A stretch of DNA of 40,000 nt from Acidobacteriaceae bacterium (GCA_035651235.1 DASRGC010000061.1:27263-67262); one strand, 5' to 3'; positions 18,163 to 26,281 are shown, counted from the first letter of the stretch. Notes: generated from the sequence alone by a model not told the origin. Translations and numbers: made by a program.

Positions 18163-18735
18163 TCAGCCGTCGGACTTGTATTTTGCGCAGATTCGTTGCA
18201 CGGTACGAAGGCTCAAACCGGTCCTGTCTGCAATGCGTTGCTGGGCAAAACCCGTCTTGACTCCGTCTCTCTTCAGTCTTTCGACCTCATGACATATTGA
18301 TCGACATTCTTCCTCACTTGGCATCGTCGGGGGTCTGCCTCCGCCTCGATGATAAGGAAGAATCCCAACCATTCGTTCCGCATTCGAACGCCAATCCGGC
18401 AGCAACTCCTTCAATACGAAACTCAAGAAATGCTCAATCTTCGGTACGTCTTCGTCCGGAAATGCCGCGAAGATTGCGGTTGCCTTCTCTCTCGTATCGA
18501 TCATCCCCAAGATTTCATAAAAGAACTCTGGTCGAACTGAGTCGGGTTCATCTCTCTGATACATTTCGCGCGCGAGCTTGTGAAGCCATGGCGCTGGAGA
18601 TCTGTTCTTGTCCTGACATTCGCGGCGGAGTCTTGCGATGGCTTCTTCGTAGCTGTCAGCCCCACTGATCGCCAGGAGGTGTTCGATCACCTTTTCGTAG
18701 GTTGGCTGAAGTTTTCTTTGAGCCTCTTCCGTCAT
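18163..18735 (-). CDS. hypothetical DNA-binding protein with C-terminal resolvase/Hin-type HTH
   Basis: 190 aa. The C-terminus GGGRPPTMPSEEE...GFAQQRIADRTGLSLRTVQRI resembles HTH_7-type domains. Sits directly upstream of, and co-oriented with, the Cas1 gene. Confidence 0.6.
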   Translation of the reverse strand: MTEEAQRKLQPTYEKVIEHLLAISGADSYEEAIARLRRECQDKNRSPAPWLHKLAREMYQRDEPDSVRPEFFYEILGMIDTREKATAIFAAFPDEDVPKIEHFLSFVLKELLPDWRSNAERMVGILPYHRGGGRPPTMPSEEECRSICHEVERLKRDGVKTGFAQQRIADRTGLSLRTVQRICAKYKSDG

Positions 18736-18761
18736 TTCGCCAAAACTACCCCCAACCAGTT

Positions 18762-19430
18762 ATGGCAAAAGAATATGCCAAAAGAGGAGACGGGCTTGTT
18801 GATGCAGCTGCCGTTAGGCAGCATGCAGCCATGAAACGTCGATCCTCAAAGAAAGTCTCACCCAAACAGTCTGCCAGGCCATCTCGGGCGAAAGCCAAGC
18901 CCGGAACGACTCCGAAACGGAGATCCAGGACGAGCCGTGCCCCACGAACAGCGGAAGCATTAGCCGCGATGCCTGAGAATGCCCAGGATCAATGGGCGAG
19001 AGCTACCCGCGTGATCCAGAAGATGCGACGTGAGGGCATCTCGGTCACACGCGCCGCTAAGGAGTATGGCATCAGCCGCAAAAAGGTCGTCGATCTTGCC
19101 GGATCAGCCCTGCGGAAACAAACGAATGGCCGTTACGTAGCAAAGCGATTCGACAAATTGCTTCGCGTATTGGTGATCCCGTCTCGTCAAGGACCGATGG
19201 AAATTGCAGTACGCGACTCGCGAACGGCATCGAAGATCGCCGCCTATAGTGAGGCTGTCCGAAAGTTTGTACAGACTGGCGATTCCTCGGCCCTTCGCCA
19301 ATTCAAGAAACTCAAGTTGAAGGATGCGTCTGGAAATCCGATCAAGTTCTTAACAGATACGAAAGAGCTCATGCGCTTGGGACACGCTGGAGTACTTTCC
19401 TTCGAATCTCTGTACGCGAGGGCAGCCTGA
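18762..19430 (+). CDS. hypothetical basic protein with internal HTH
   Basis: The ATG at 18762 is divergent from 18735. Lys/Arg/Pro-rich N-terminus, then GISVTRAAKEYGISRKKV (HTH-like). The stop overlaps the next start (TGATG). Confidence 0.55.
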   Translation: MAKEYAKRGDGLVDAAAVRQHAAMKRRSSKKVSPKQSARPSRAKAKPGTTPKRRSRTSRAPRTAEALAAMPENAQDQWARATRVIQKMRREGISVTRAAKEYGISRKKVVDLAGSALRKQTNGRYVAKRFDKLLRVLVIPSRQGPMEIAVRDSRTASKIAAYSEAVRKFVQTGDSSALRQFKKLKLKDASGNPIKFLTDTKELMRLGHAGVLSFESLYARAA

Positions 19431-19918
19431 TGCCTACCCGCGACCCCATCCGATCGGCAACACGGCGAAGCAAAATACGCAGACGTTTTCCGCCAGGAGC
19501 GGCTTGCCACACGTGCGGGGAGACATCCCCGTTGGCACTGATCCCTTATTCCGAGCCTCTGATTTGCGCCGAATGTGAGCGTGTTCGAAACAACCAATCG
19601 ACCCGCGATTGGCACCACCCCGCCGGTAGCGCAAATCACGACCTAACGGTTCCGATCCCAGTCAACGCTCATCGCTCTCGGCTTAGCGAATCGCAGTATG
19701 ACTGGCCATCACGGACTCTTAGAAATCGCCACCGAAGTCGTCTGCTCGCTGCTGCAGCGTGCATTCGGGGGTTGATTGACATGATGAAGTACCTGCTCGA
19801 CGAGCTCGGTCGCTGGATCCCGGAATATTTGGAGTCACTGGATACAGCACTGATGGATGAATTCGGCGAAGAGTGGCCCAAAAAAGAAGCAGACAAGCTC
19901 GAAGGAGAAGACAAATGA
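19430..19918 (+). CDS. putative zinc-ribbon / HNH-like nuclease
   Basis: CHTC...CAEC cysteine pairs followed by DWHHPAGSANHDLTVPIPVNAH (HH...N...N-x-H spacing). Translationally coupled to PolB (ATGA overlap at 19915..19918). Confidence 0.45.
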   Translation: MPTRDPIRSATRRSKIRRRFPPGAACHTCGETSPLALIPYSEPLICAECERVRNNQSTRDWHHPAGSANHDLTVPIPVNAHRSRLSESQYDWPSRTLRNRHRSRLLAAAACIRGLIDMMKYLLDELGRWIPEYLESLDTALMDEFGEEWPKKEADKLEGEDK

Positions 19919-20214
19919 CTGACAAGACAGAACAGCAGCCATATCCAATACCCGTCGCGATTCGTGTCTACCCTGAACCGCCGAGAGACAGGAAGCCACG
20001 TGAGCACGTCAAAGCCATTCGACCCGACACTATGATCGTGTTCGATACCGAGACCACAACTGATCCCACGCAGCGTTTACTCTTCGGCTGCTACCGCTTC
20101 ATCGAGAACGGAATATCTGTTGAAGAAGGGCTTTTCCACGCGCCCGATCTCTCAACCTATCAAGTGAAGACACTCCGCGAGTACGCGGCTCGAAATCATT
20201 CGAGCCACCAATAG
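19915..20214 (+). CDS. polB: family B DNA polymerase, fragment 1 of 3 (N-terminus with Exo I)
   Basis: Exo I motif IVFDTETT (Asp 20044..20046, Glu 20050..20052). The frame ends at TAG 20212..20214 while the next frame is already open from 20168. Confidence 0.75.
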   Translation: MTDKTEQQPYPIPVAIRVYPEPPRDRKPREHVKAIRPDTMIVFDTETTTDPTQRLLFGCYRFIENGISVEEGLFHAPDLSTYQVKTLREYAARNHSSHQ

Positions 20215-20293
20215 AGAACCTCTCAGACTCATCACTCTCGGTGATTTCTTAGACAAACTGTTCAAAGCAGCGTACAAGGGTCGGTCCTTAGTT

Positions 20294-21034
20294 GTGGGTT
20301 TCAATCTCCCATTCGATCTCTCGCGGCTCGCGTTCAACGTAACGCCCGCACGTCGCGAGTTCGGAGGAGGATTCTCCTTCGGCTTGTGGACCTACACCGA
20401 TGAGAACCGCGTGGTTCGACTCGACCCCAATCGCCCGCGGATCACGATTAAGCACATCGATAGCAAGCGTGCCCTGATCAGTTTTACTGGCCGGAAGTCG
20501 CCGGATGAAGTCGATCTCATCCCGGAGGGATCAGTGGAGGGAACGCCACAACGTGGATACAAGTTTCGCGGCCACTTTCTCGATCTAAAGACACTCGCAT
20601 TCGCGCTCACTGACCGCAGCCATACTTTAAGATCCGCGTGCGAAGCATTTGGCGTGAAGCGTGGAAAGATCGAAGCGGAGAAGCATGGGGAGATCACTGA
20701 TGAATACATCGATTACAACCGTCGTGACGTGGAGGCGACAGCGGAGCTTGCGTTAGCTCTGCTAGCCGAATTCGACCGTCACCCGATCCTGTTGGCTGAA
20801 ACGAAAGCATTCTCGGCGGCTTCGATAGGCAAAGCCTATCTCCGATCGATGGTGATCACGCCGATTCTCGAAAGACAATCGGATCTGTTGCCCTACGTGG
20901 GATACGCTCAAACGGCCTACTTCGGAGGTCGCACCAGCGCGCATATTCGCAAGACTCCGGTTCCTGTCGTCTATACGGATTTTCTATCGATGTACCCCAC
21001 CGTGAACTCCCTCACGGGTCTCTGGGGTTATTGA
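20294..21034 (+). CDS. polB: family B DNA polymerase, fragment 2 of 3 (Exo II, Exo III, Pol motif A)
   Basis: LVVGFNLPFDLSRL (Exo II), YIDYNRRDVEAT (Exo III, YxxxD) and VYTDFLSMYPT (motif A DxxSxYP, Asp at 20978..20980). This reading frame is open from 20168 and has no convincing start of its own. Confidence 0.75.
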   Translation: MGFNLPFDLSRLAFNVTPARREFGGGFSFGLWTYTDENRVVRLDPNRPRITIKHIDSKRALISFTGRKSPDEVDLIPEGSVEGTPQRGYKFRGHFLDLKTLAFALTDRSHTLRSACEAFGVKRGKIEAEKHGEITDEYIDYNRRDVEATAELALALLAEFDRHPILLAETKAFSAASIGKAYLRSMVITPILERQSDLLPYVGYAQTAYFGGRTSAHIRKTPVPVVYTDFLSMYPTVNSLTGLWGY

Positions 21035-22953
21035 TTACCAGAGAGATCAAGGTCATCGATCACTGCCAGGCTGAGATCATTCGATTCCTGAAAGGCATCA
21101 CGGTCGATCAACTGTTTGATCCAAGGACGTGGAGGAAGCTGAGAGCCTTCGTCAAAATCGTCCCGAATGGAGACATCCTGCCTGTTCGTGGGTCTTTCAA
21201 TTCCGCAAGCAACGACTGGCAAGTTTCGATCAATCACGTGTATGCGGGTACGGATGAGGATCGCCTTTGGTATTCGCTGCCTGACGTCGTCGTATCGGTC
21301 CTCCTGACCGGGCGCATTCCCGATATCGTCGATGCCTTCCGAATCGAACCGTCGAAGCAGGTTCTCCCAAATCTGCGACCAACGAAGTTTCGCGGTGAAA
21401 TCCGCATCGATCCCAGAAGGCAAGACTTCTTCACACTAGTCATTGAAGAGCGAAAACGCCTCCGTTTCCGAAAGGATCTAACGAAGGATGGACGGGAATG
21501 GCTGGACAAGGGACTTAAGGTATTGGCCAACTCAACGAGCTATGGAATCTATGGCCAGATGGATCGGAAGGAATCGAACGAGCGAAAGACCGTCAAATGC
21601 CATGGCCTCGACCCCAATCCCTACGAATGCAGGGTGCAGAATCCCGATGTGCCTGGAGAGTTCTGCTGTCCTCTATTGGCATCTCTGACCACTGGTGCAG
21701 CACGCCTTATGCTTGGACTGCTGGAGAAGTGTGTCACGGACATGGGTGGCACCTACGCGATGGAAGACACCGACTCCATGGCAATCGTCGCGACTCAGAA
21801 GGGCGGATTGGTGCCGTGCGAGAGCGGCCCCTTCAAGCTGCGCGACAGCACAAGTGCGATCAAAGCGCTTAGTTGGGCGAGAGTGCGCCAAATCGTTGAC
21901 CGATTCGAGAAACTCAACCCCTACGACCGCGCTGCTGTCCCTGGATCGATCCTGAAGGTTGAGAGCTGCAACTTCGATCGAAAGACGAAACGACAGCGAG
22001 AGATATGGTGTTTTGCGATCTCGGCAAAGCGATATGCGCTCTTCGTCAAAGCCAGATCGGGTCGACCCGCCCTCTTATGCGAGGACGTGAATTGTGAGGA
22101 GGACCATTGGTCGGAACATGGGCTCGGCCATCTACTCAACCCGAGCGACATCGATAAGGATGATCGGGACTGGATCGCTCACGTTTGGCAGTGGATCATC
22201 GAAGGATGTTCAGCGAACCGCAGGCCGGTCCCGTTTGCCAAGCTCCCGGCCATCGGAAGACTCACGGTCTCTAGCCCGTCACTCTCGAATCCGCTGGCCA
22301 GCCTGAACGTAGCGAAGGCCTACGCTCAGTGGATCAAGCCGTTCAACTTTCTCGTGACGTGTCATGTCAACCCATTCGGTCACCCTAAAGACTGTGACCC
22401 CAAGCGTTTTCACCTGATCGCGCAATATCAGACCGACTCGAAGATGTGGGTGAGGTCACAATGGATCGAACAGTATTCGGGCAAGAGCTATAAAGTGACC
22501 ACCGACCTAGAGGGTCGCGATCGGCGAACTGCTTGGGTAAAGACATACGCAGATGTGATCGAAGAGTACGCTCATCACCCGGAAGCAAAATGTGCTGACA
22601 AAGACGGAAATCCGTCAGGTCAACCGACAATCGGGCTGCTCTTTCGGCGGCATGTGCGCATTGGAGAGATCGTCGCGATAGGCAAGGAGTCGAACAGCCT
22701 CGAAGAGGTCGACGCGGGGCTACTGCATTCCGCCGATCAGGTTTATACAGTGTATCCAGACAGGACAAGGGATTTCTGGGCGCGGGAGATCGCGTCGAAG
22801 TTGAAGAAAATCCCTCTGTCTGTTTTGATCAGGGAGACCGGATTGTCACGGCGAATGCTGGTTAACGTCCGTGGCGGCCAGGTACGCCCGCATCGGCGTA
22901 ATCAAACCATACTGATCGAGCTTCTTCATCGCCTAGCAGCGCAACAGTGCTAG
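21031..22953 (+). CDS. polB: family B DNA polymerase, fragment 3 of 3 (Pol motifs B and C, thumb)
   Basis: KVLANSTSYGIYG (motif B KxxxNSxYG, 21517..21555) and AMEDTDSM (motif C DTD, 21766..21774). There is no canonical start codon at 21031; it continues fragment 2 after a -1 frame change. Confidence 0.75.
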   Translation: MITREIKVIDHCQAEIIRFLKGITVDQLFDPRTWRKLRAFVKIVPNGDILPVRGSFNSASNDWQVSINHVYAGTDEDRLWYSLPDVVVSVLLTGRIPDIVDAFRIEPSKQVLPNLRPTKFRGEIRIDPRRQDFFTLVIEERKRLRFRKDLTKDGREWLDKGLKVLANSTSYGIYGQMDRKESNERKTVKCHGLDPNPYECRVQNPDVPGEFCCPLLASLTTGAARLMLGLLEKCVTDMGGTYAMEDTDSMAIVATQKGGLVPCESGPFKLRDSTSAIKALSWARVRQIVDRFEKLNPYDRAAVPGSILKVESCNFDRKTKRQREIWCFAISAKRYALFVKARSGRPALLCEDVNCEEDHWSEHGLGHLLNPSDIDKDDRDWIAHVWQWIIEGCSANRRPVPFAKLPAIGRLTVSSPSLSNPLASLNVAKAYAQWIKPFNFLVTCHVNPFGHPKDCDPKRFHLIAQYQTDSKMWVRSQWIEQYSGKSYKVTTDLEGRDRRTAWVKTYADVIEEYAHHPEAKCADKDGNPSGQPTIGLLFRRHVRIGEIVAIGKESNSLEEVDAGLLHSADQVYTVYPDRTRDFWAREIASKLKKIPLSVLIRETGLSRRMLVNVRGGQVRPHRRNQTILIELLHRLAAQQC

Positions 22954-23064
22954 CTTTCTAATTCTGAGGCGGAACCCGGCAACCGGCAAACGTAGACCGA
23001 AAGGCTGGTGAAGCAATACGATCGTCTGCGGTTATGATGGTTACGATTCCACTGAGCAATTCTG

Positions 23065-24174
23065 ATGGCCTATTACATTGACCTCTTCTCGCCCGAAACG
23101 TATCGAGCCTTTAGCAATTCAGACCGGACGGTGTCAGGATTTCGACCCCGGCATGAAAGCCTTGCGAAACGTATCCTTCCGGGCGACACGTTTGTTTGCT
23201 ACGTGACAAAGCTTTCACGCTGGATTGGATTGCTGAGAGTCGATGCAGGGCCTTACGAGGACAGTACTCCGATCTTCGCTACAGAAAACGACCCATTCAG
23301 CATTCGCTTCAAGGTGAGCAGTGAGGTGTGGCTCGATCTCGAGAAGGCGGTACCGATCCATGATGAGGAGATATGGAAGGGGCTTTCTTTCACCCGTGAA
23401 CTGTTGCACAACTCAATTGCGTGGACGGGAAAGGTGCGCGGTAGCCTTGTGCGGCTTGAGGATTCGGATGGAGAATTCATTGCTCAAGTGCTCAGACGGC
23501 AGCTATTGACCCCCAAACTTTATCCAATCGATGAGCAGGACAGGAAGAAACTCACGACTCATACCATTGTCCGCTCCGACAAGGTTGTAAGTGTTTCGGT
23601 GCCCGACGATCCTCCACCGGTCGAAGAAGCAGCTTCCACGCCGGATACGGAAGCGCCGGAGCGTGAATCCATACGTATGCAAGCCCTGATCGCACAAATT
23701 GGTCACCAGATGGGAATGTCCATTTGGATTCCACGATCCGATCGCGAGCGGGTCTTGCGAGAGTGGAAGGACTCCAACGCGCGCGTCCTCGATCGTCTGC
23801 CTCTCAACTACGACGACACAACTCTTAAGACCATCGAACAGATCGATGTTCTTTGGCTTCGAAACCGTTCCATCATCCGCGCGTTCGAGGTGGAGCACAC
23901 GACATCAATTTATTCCGGGATCTTACGTATGGCTGATCTACTCGCGCTTCAGCCAAACATGGATATCAATGTGCACATTGTTGCTCCAGTAGCGAAACGT
24001 GAGAAGGTGTTCCAAGAGATCAGGCGACCTGTTTTTTCTCTGCTGGACCGCGGACCTCTCGCCGAAAGCTGTACCTATCTGCCCTACGACGCCTTGCGCG
24101 ACATTGCGCAACTGAAGCATCTCGAACATCTGTCCGACAAGGTTCTCGATGAGTATTCCGAAGAGGCAGAGTGA
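23065..24174 (+). CDS. EVE/PUA-like domain fused to a PD-(D/E)xK-type nuclease-like domain (candidate modification-dependent endonuclease)
   Basis: The N-terminal 150 aa follow the EVE-like layout (MAYYIDLFSPE..., GDTFVCYVTK...WIGLLRV, ...RGSLVRL). The C-terminal part has IDVLWL...IIRAFEVEHTTSI...VHIVAP, a D...E-x-E/K nuclease-core-like pattern. Confidence 0.55.
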   Translation: MAYYIDLFSPETYRAFSNSDRTVSGFRPRHESLAKRILPGDTFVCYVTKLSRWIGLLRVDAGPYEDSTPIFATENDPFSIRFKVSSEVWLDLEKAVPIHDEEIWKGLSFTRELLHNSIAWTGKVRGSLVRLEDSDGEFIAQVLRRQLLTPKLYPIDEQDRKKLTTHTIVRSDKVVSVSVPDDPPPVEEAASTPDTEAPERESIRMQALIAQIGHQMGMSIWIPRSDRERVLREWKDSNARVLDRLPLNYDDTTLKTIEQIDVLWLRNRSIIRAFEVEHTTSIYSGILRMADLLALQPNMDINVHIVAPVAKREKVFQEIRRPVFSLLDRGPLAESCTYLPYDALRDIAQLKHLEHLSDKVLDEYSEEAE

Positions 24175-24289
24175 TTCTTGACTGAACGAATTTGCGAATC
24201 ACCTGTCTAAAGCAAAGTGATTCGCGACAGCGGGTCCTTATATGAATACGATTGACGGAAAAACTTATTTCGGGCTGACTTAACAATTT

Positions 24290-25498
24290 ATGGCCGACTC
24301 GCCAGTCATGCTGCCGGAGTGGAAGAAGGGGCATTCGCGTCTCAATCCCACAATCGCAGCGCTCCTAAGTCGTGGTGTTGATACTGATGCCGCCGCTGAA
24401 CTTCGGCGCAAAGGGTGGACCCTCGGCAAGTTACAGCAACAGACTCCTGAGACACTTCAGTCCCTTGGAGTTCGTGGAGAAGCGATCGAGCGTATCCTCG
24501 GTTCAGATCGCCCCCCAATTCCTTTTGCGACTCTAGCTCAGGTTCTCATCGCAAGTCGCATGACATGTTGCGTCTGCAATAATCCAAGCCGAGGCGTGGT
24601 TGTGCATCACTTGCTCGACTGGTCAAAATCACATAGCCACGACGAGCAGAATCTTGCTGTGTTGTGTCTTATTGATCACGACAGAGCCCATTCACAAATA
24701 GCCCATACGCAAAACCTCACTGTCCCATTAATCAAACGGTTCAAAGAGCGTTGGCAAAAACGTGTTGAAGAACTCAGCACCAAGGCAATCCTGACCGCCG
24801 CAGCCAAGGACTTTAGCTGCTGGTGGTATTTCAATAGGACTCGGCTATTCGGGATGGCCCAAGATAGGTCTGTGTTGTTGCAAAATCTTCAATATTTCAG
24901 AAGTGCGCATTCAGGCGGTTGGATTAATCAGGAAGGTTATCCCCTGCGCAAGAATCACCGCGCTAACTATTCCTTGGAGGGCGGCGATGGCGGGTCGATG
25001 TATGCATATCTCAAAGCTGTCTTAGATCACACGCTCCTGTCCACAAGCGTTCTCAACATCAGCGATGACCTCGATCGCAACTTCTTGAAAGCCGTCTTGC
25101 GACCCGGTCATTTAATCTTTTTGCAGGGCTCATACAGGTTTGTCGAAAAGACGAAGCGGGATAGGGGGCCTGGACAGACCGTTGAGATGTATCGTCAAAC
25201 AAATGGAGTGCGCGTTTCGTCGACGATCGACCGATGGGAAGCCACCTCTAATTCTGCATGGTCCAGTTACCTCAAAGGGACATACGAAGCTTCGGCGATA
25301 ATGCGCGTCGTATCTCTCGACTCCTTGAACGGAGAATTCGTGGTCCGGGGCTCGTCAATTGCAATCGGAGCACCTCTCGAGGGCATGAAAACTCGCGAAT
25401 ACTCAAATGCCCCCTACCGACGCGGCTATTACGTCCGTACGGATCAATTCGAAGAGGACGACTATATGGGCGAGTGCTTTGAGAATCCAGATCGTTGA
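24290..25498 (+). CDS. HNH endonuclease domain protein with N-terminal HhH-like segment and large uncharacterised C-terminal domain
   Basis: CCVCNNPSRGVVVHHLLDWSKSHSHDEQNLAVLCLIDHDRAH (Cys pair, HH, N, H-x-x-H). About 250 aa downstream of the HNH core has no recognisable motif. Confidence 0.7.
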   Translation: MADSPVMLPEWKKGHSRLNPTIAALLSRGVDTDAAAELRRKGWTLGKLQQQTPETLQSLGVRGEAIERILGSDRPPIPFATLAQVLIASRMTCCVCNNPSRGVVVHHLLDWSKSHSHDEQNLAVLCLIDHDRAHSQIAHTQNLTVPLIKRFKERWQKRVEELSTKAILTAAAKDFSCWWYFNRTRLFGMAQDRSVLLQNLQYFRSAHSGGWINQEGYPLRKNHRANYSLEGGDGGSMYAYLKAVLDHTLLSTSVLNISDDLDRNFLKAVLRPGHLIFLQGSYRFVEKTKRDRGPGQTVEMYRQTNGVRVSSTIDRWEATSNSAWSSYLKGTYEASAIMRVVSLDSLNGEFVVRGSSIAIGAPLEGMKTREYSNAPYRRGYYVRTDQFEEDDYMGECFENPDR

Positions 25499-25500
25499 GT

Positions 25501-26022
25501 ATGGCAAAAACCCTCACACCTGATAAATTCGCAAGCGATCCTAAGCCGTGGCGCATCTGCGCGCAGTTCAATCTGGACGCCGCACGGGTTCTATTCACCC
25601 ATGAGGCTGCGATAATGCTTTGCTTTCCGGCAGCCACGCTCGCACACCTGGGTCTCGAAGCAATGCTAAAAACCGCCCTTATCCGCGAGGGCTTCACGAT
25701 CTTCGACCCAATGAAACTCAAGCAGCTCTCTGCGTCCACGCTCACGAGAGACAAATGTGCCTGGGGGCACAATCTGGTGGCGCTCGCGAGGCTCTTGACT
25801 TCGAAGCGTCCGGATTTCGACCTGCAAAAACCTCTTCGCGGGGTTTTTCCACCCCACGATTATCCAGTGACGATTGAAGATGGCCTGGAGATATTCGATC
25901 CATACTTCTCGGAGCTACGATATCCGCAGCAGCTCAACAATCTGCAAGGAATCGGACCCGACGATATACGAATGCTTGATGCAATCGCCGAAGAACTTCT
26001 CCCATTTGCAGGGCCCTTATAG
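25501..26022 (+). CDS. HEPN-like domain protein
   Basis: Helical protein with AATLAHLGLEAMLKTALI, WGHNLVALARLL and YFSELRYP, resembling the HEPN helix pattern. The ATG at 25501 is 2 nt after the HNH gene stop; a TTG at 25495 would overlap it. The gene ends 51 bp before the right TIR. Confidence 0.45.
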   Translation: MAKTLTPDKFASDPKPWRICAQFNLDAARVLFTHEAAIMLCFPAATLAHLGLEAMLKTALIREGFTIFDPMKLKQLSASTLTRDKCAWGHNLVALARLLTSKRPDFDLQKPLRGVFPPHDYPVTIEDGLEIFDPYFSELRYPQQLNNLQGIGPDDIRMLDAIAEELLPFAGPL

Positions 26023-26073
26023 GCTTGGTCTCGGTGTTTCGCGGCCAGATCGACGCTGACTGGCTCTGAGTGA

Positions 26074-26109
26074 GGGGGTGCACTTTTCCGCCGCCCTATC
26101 CCCCTACCC
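26074..26109 (-). repeat. right terminal inverted repeat (36 bp)
   Basis: GGGGGTGCACTTTTCCGCCGCCCTATCCCCCTACCC is the reverse complement of 11362..11397 at 32/36 positions. Confidence 0.85.
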
Positions 26110-26123
26110 AGCGGCGGGTTGAC
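26110..26123 (+). repeat. right flanking direct repeat (putative target-site duplication) AGCGGCGGGTTGAC
   Basis: Exact copy of 11348..11361. It abuts the outer end of the right TIR. Confidence 0.85.
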
Positions 26124-26207
26124 CCATTCGTCTGCGGCAAATACACTCAAACAGGCGGCTGATTGTGGCTCCCGCCCGAGCCTGCAGCTGCCATATTCAA
26201 TCTGAAT

Positions 26208-26281
26208 TGCCCTCTCGTTCAATGGTAGGACAGTCGGCTCTGAACCGATCAATCGGGGTTCGAATCCCTGGGGGGCAACCA
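26208..26281 (+). tRNA. tRNA-Gln (anticodon CTG), CCA encoded
   Basis: Hand-folded cloverleaf: acceptor TGCCCTC/GGGGGCA, D arm GTTC-AATGGTA-GGAC, anticodon arm GTCGG-CTCTGAA-CCGAT, T arm CGGGG-TTCGAAT-CCCTG, discriminator A + CCA. A 5' U is typical of bacterial tRNA-Gln. Confidence 0.9.

Larger units (their letters stand above)
11362..26109. mobile_element. casposon-like self-synthesizing transposon (Cas1-family integrase + family B DNA polymerase, TIRs, 14-bp TSD) with defence-gene cargo
   Basis: TIRs at both ends are flanked by an exact 14-bp direct repeat. The interior encodes a Cas1 homologue and PolB, with no CRISPR repeats and no cas2. By eye, the interior is more AT-rich and uses more A/T-ending codons than the flanks. 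The flanks (ybbP-like gene, tRNA-Gln) form a plausible uninterrupted intergenic region once the element is removed. Confidence 0.75.

Noticed and set aside
20168-21034. Programmed ribosomal frameshifting as the explanation for the two PolB frame changes
   Set aside because: Neither junction shows a canonical slippery heptamer (X XXY YYZ) or an obvious downstream stem-loop. The two shifts go in opposite directions. Indel mutation or assembly error is the simpler reading, though this is not excluded.
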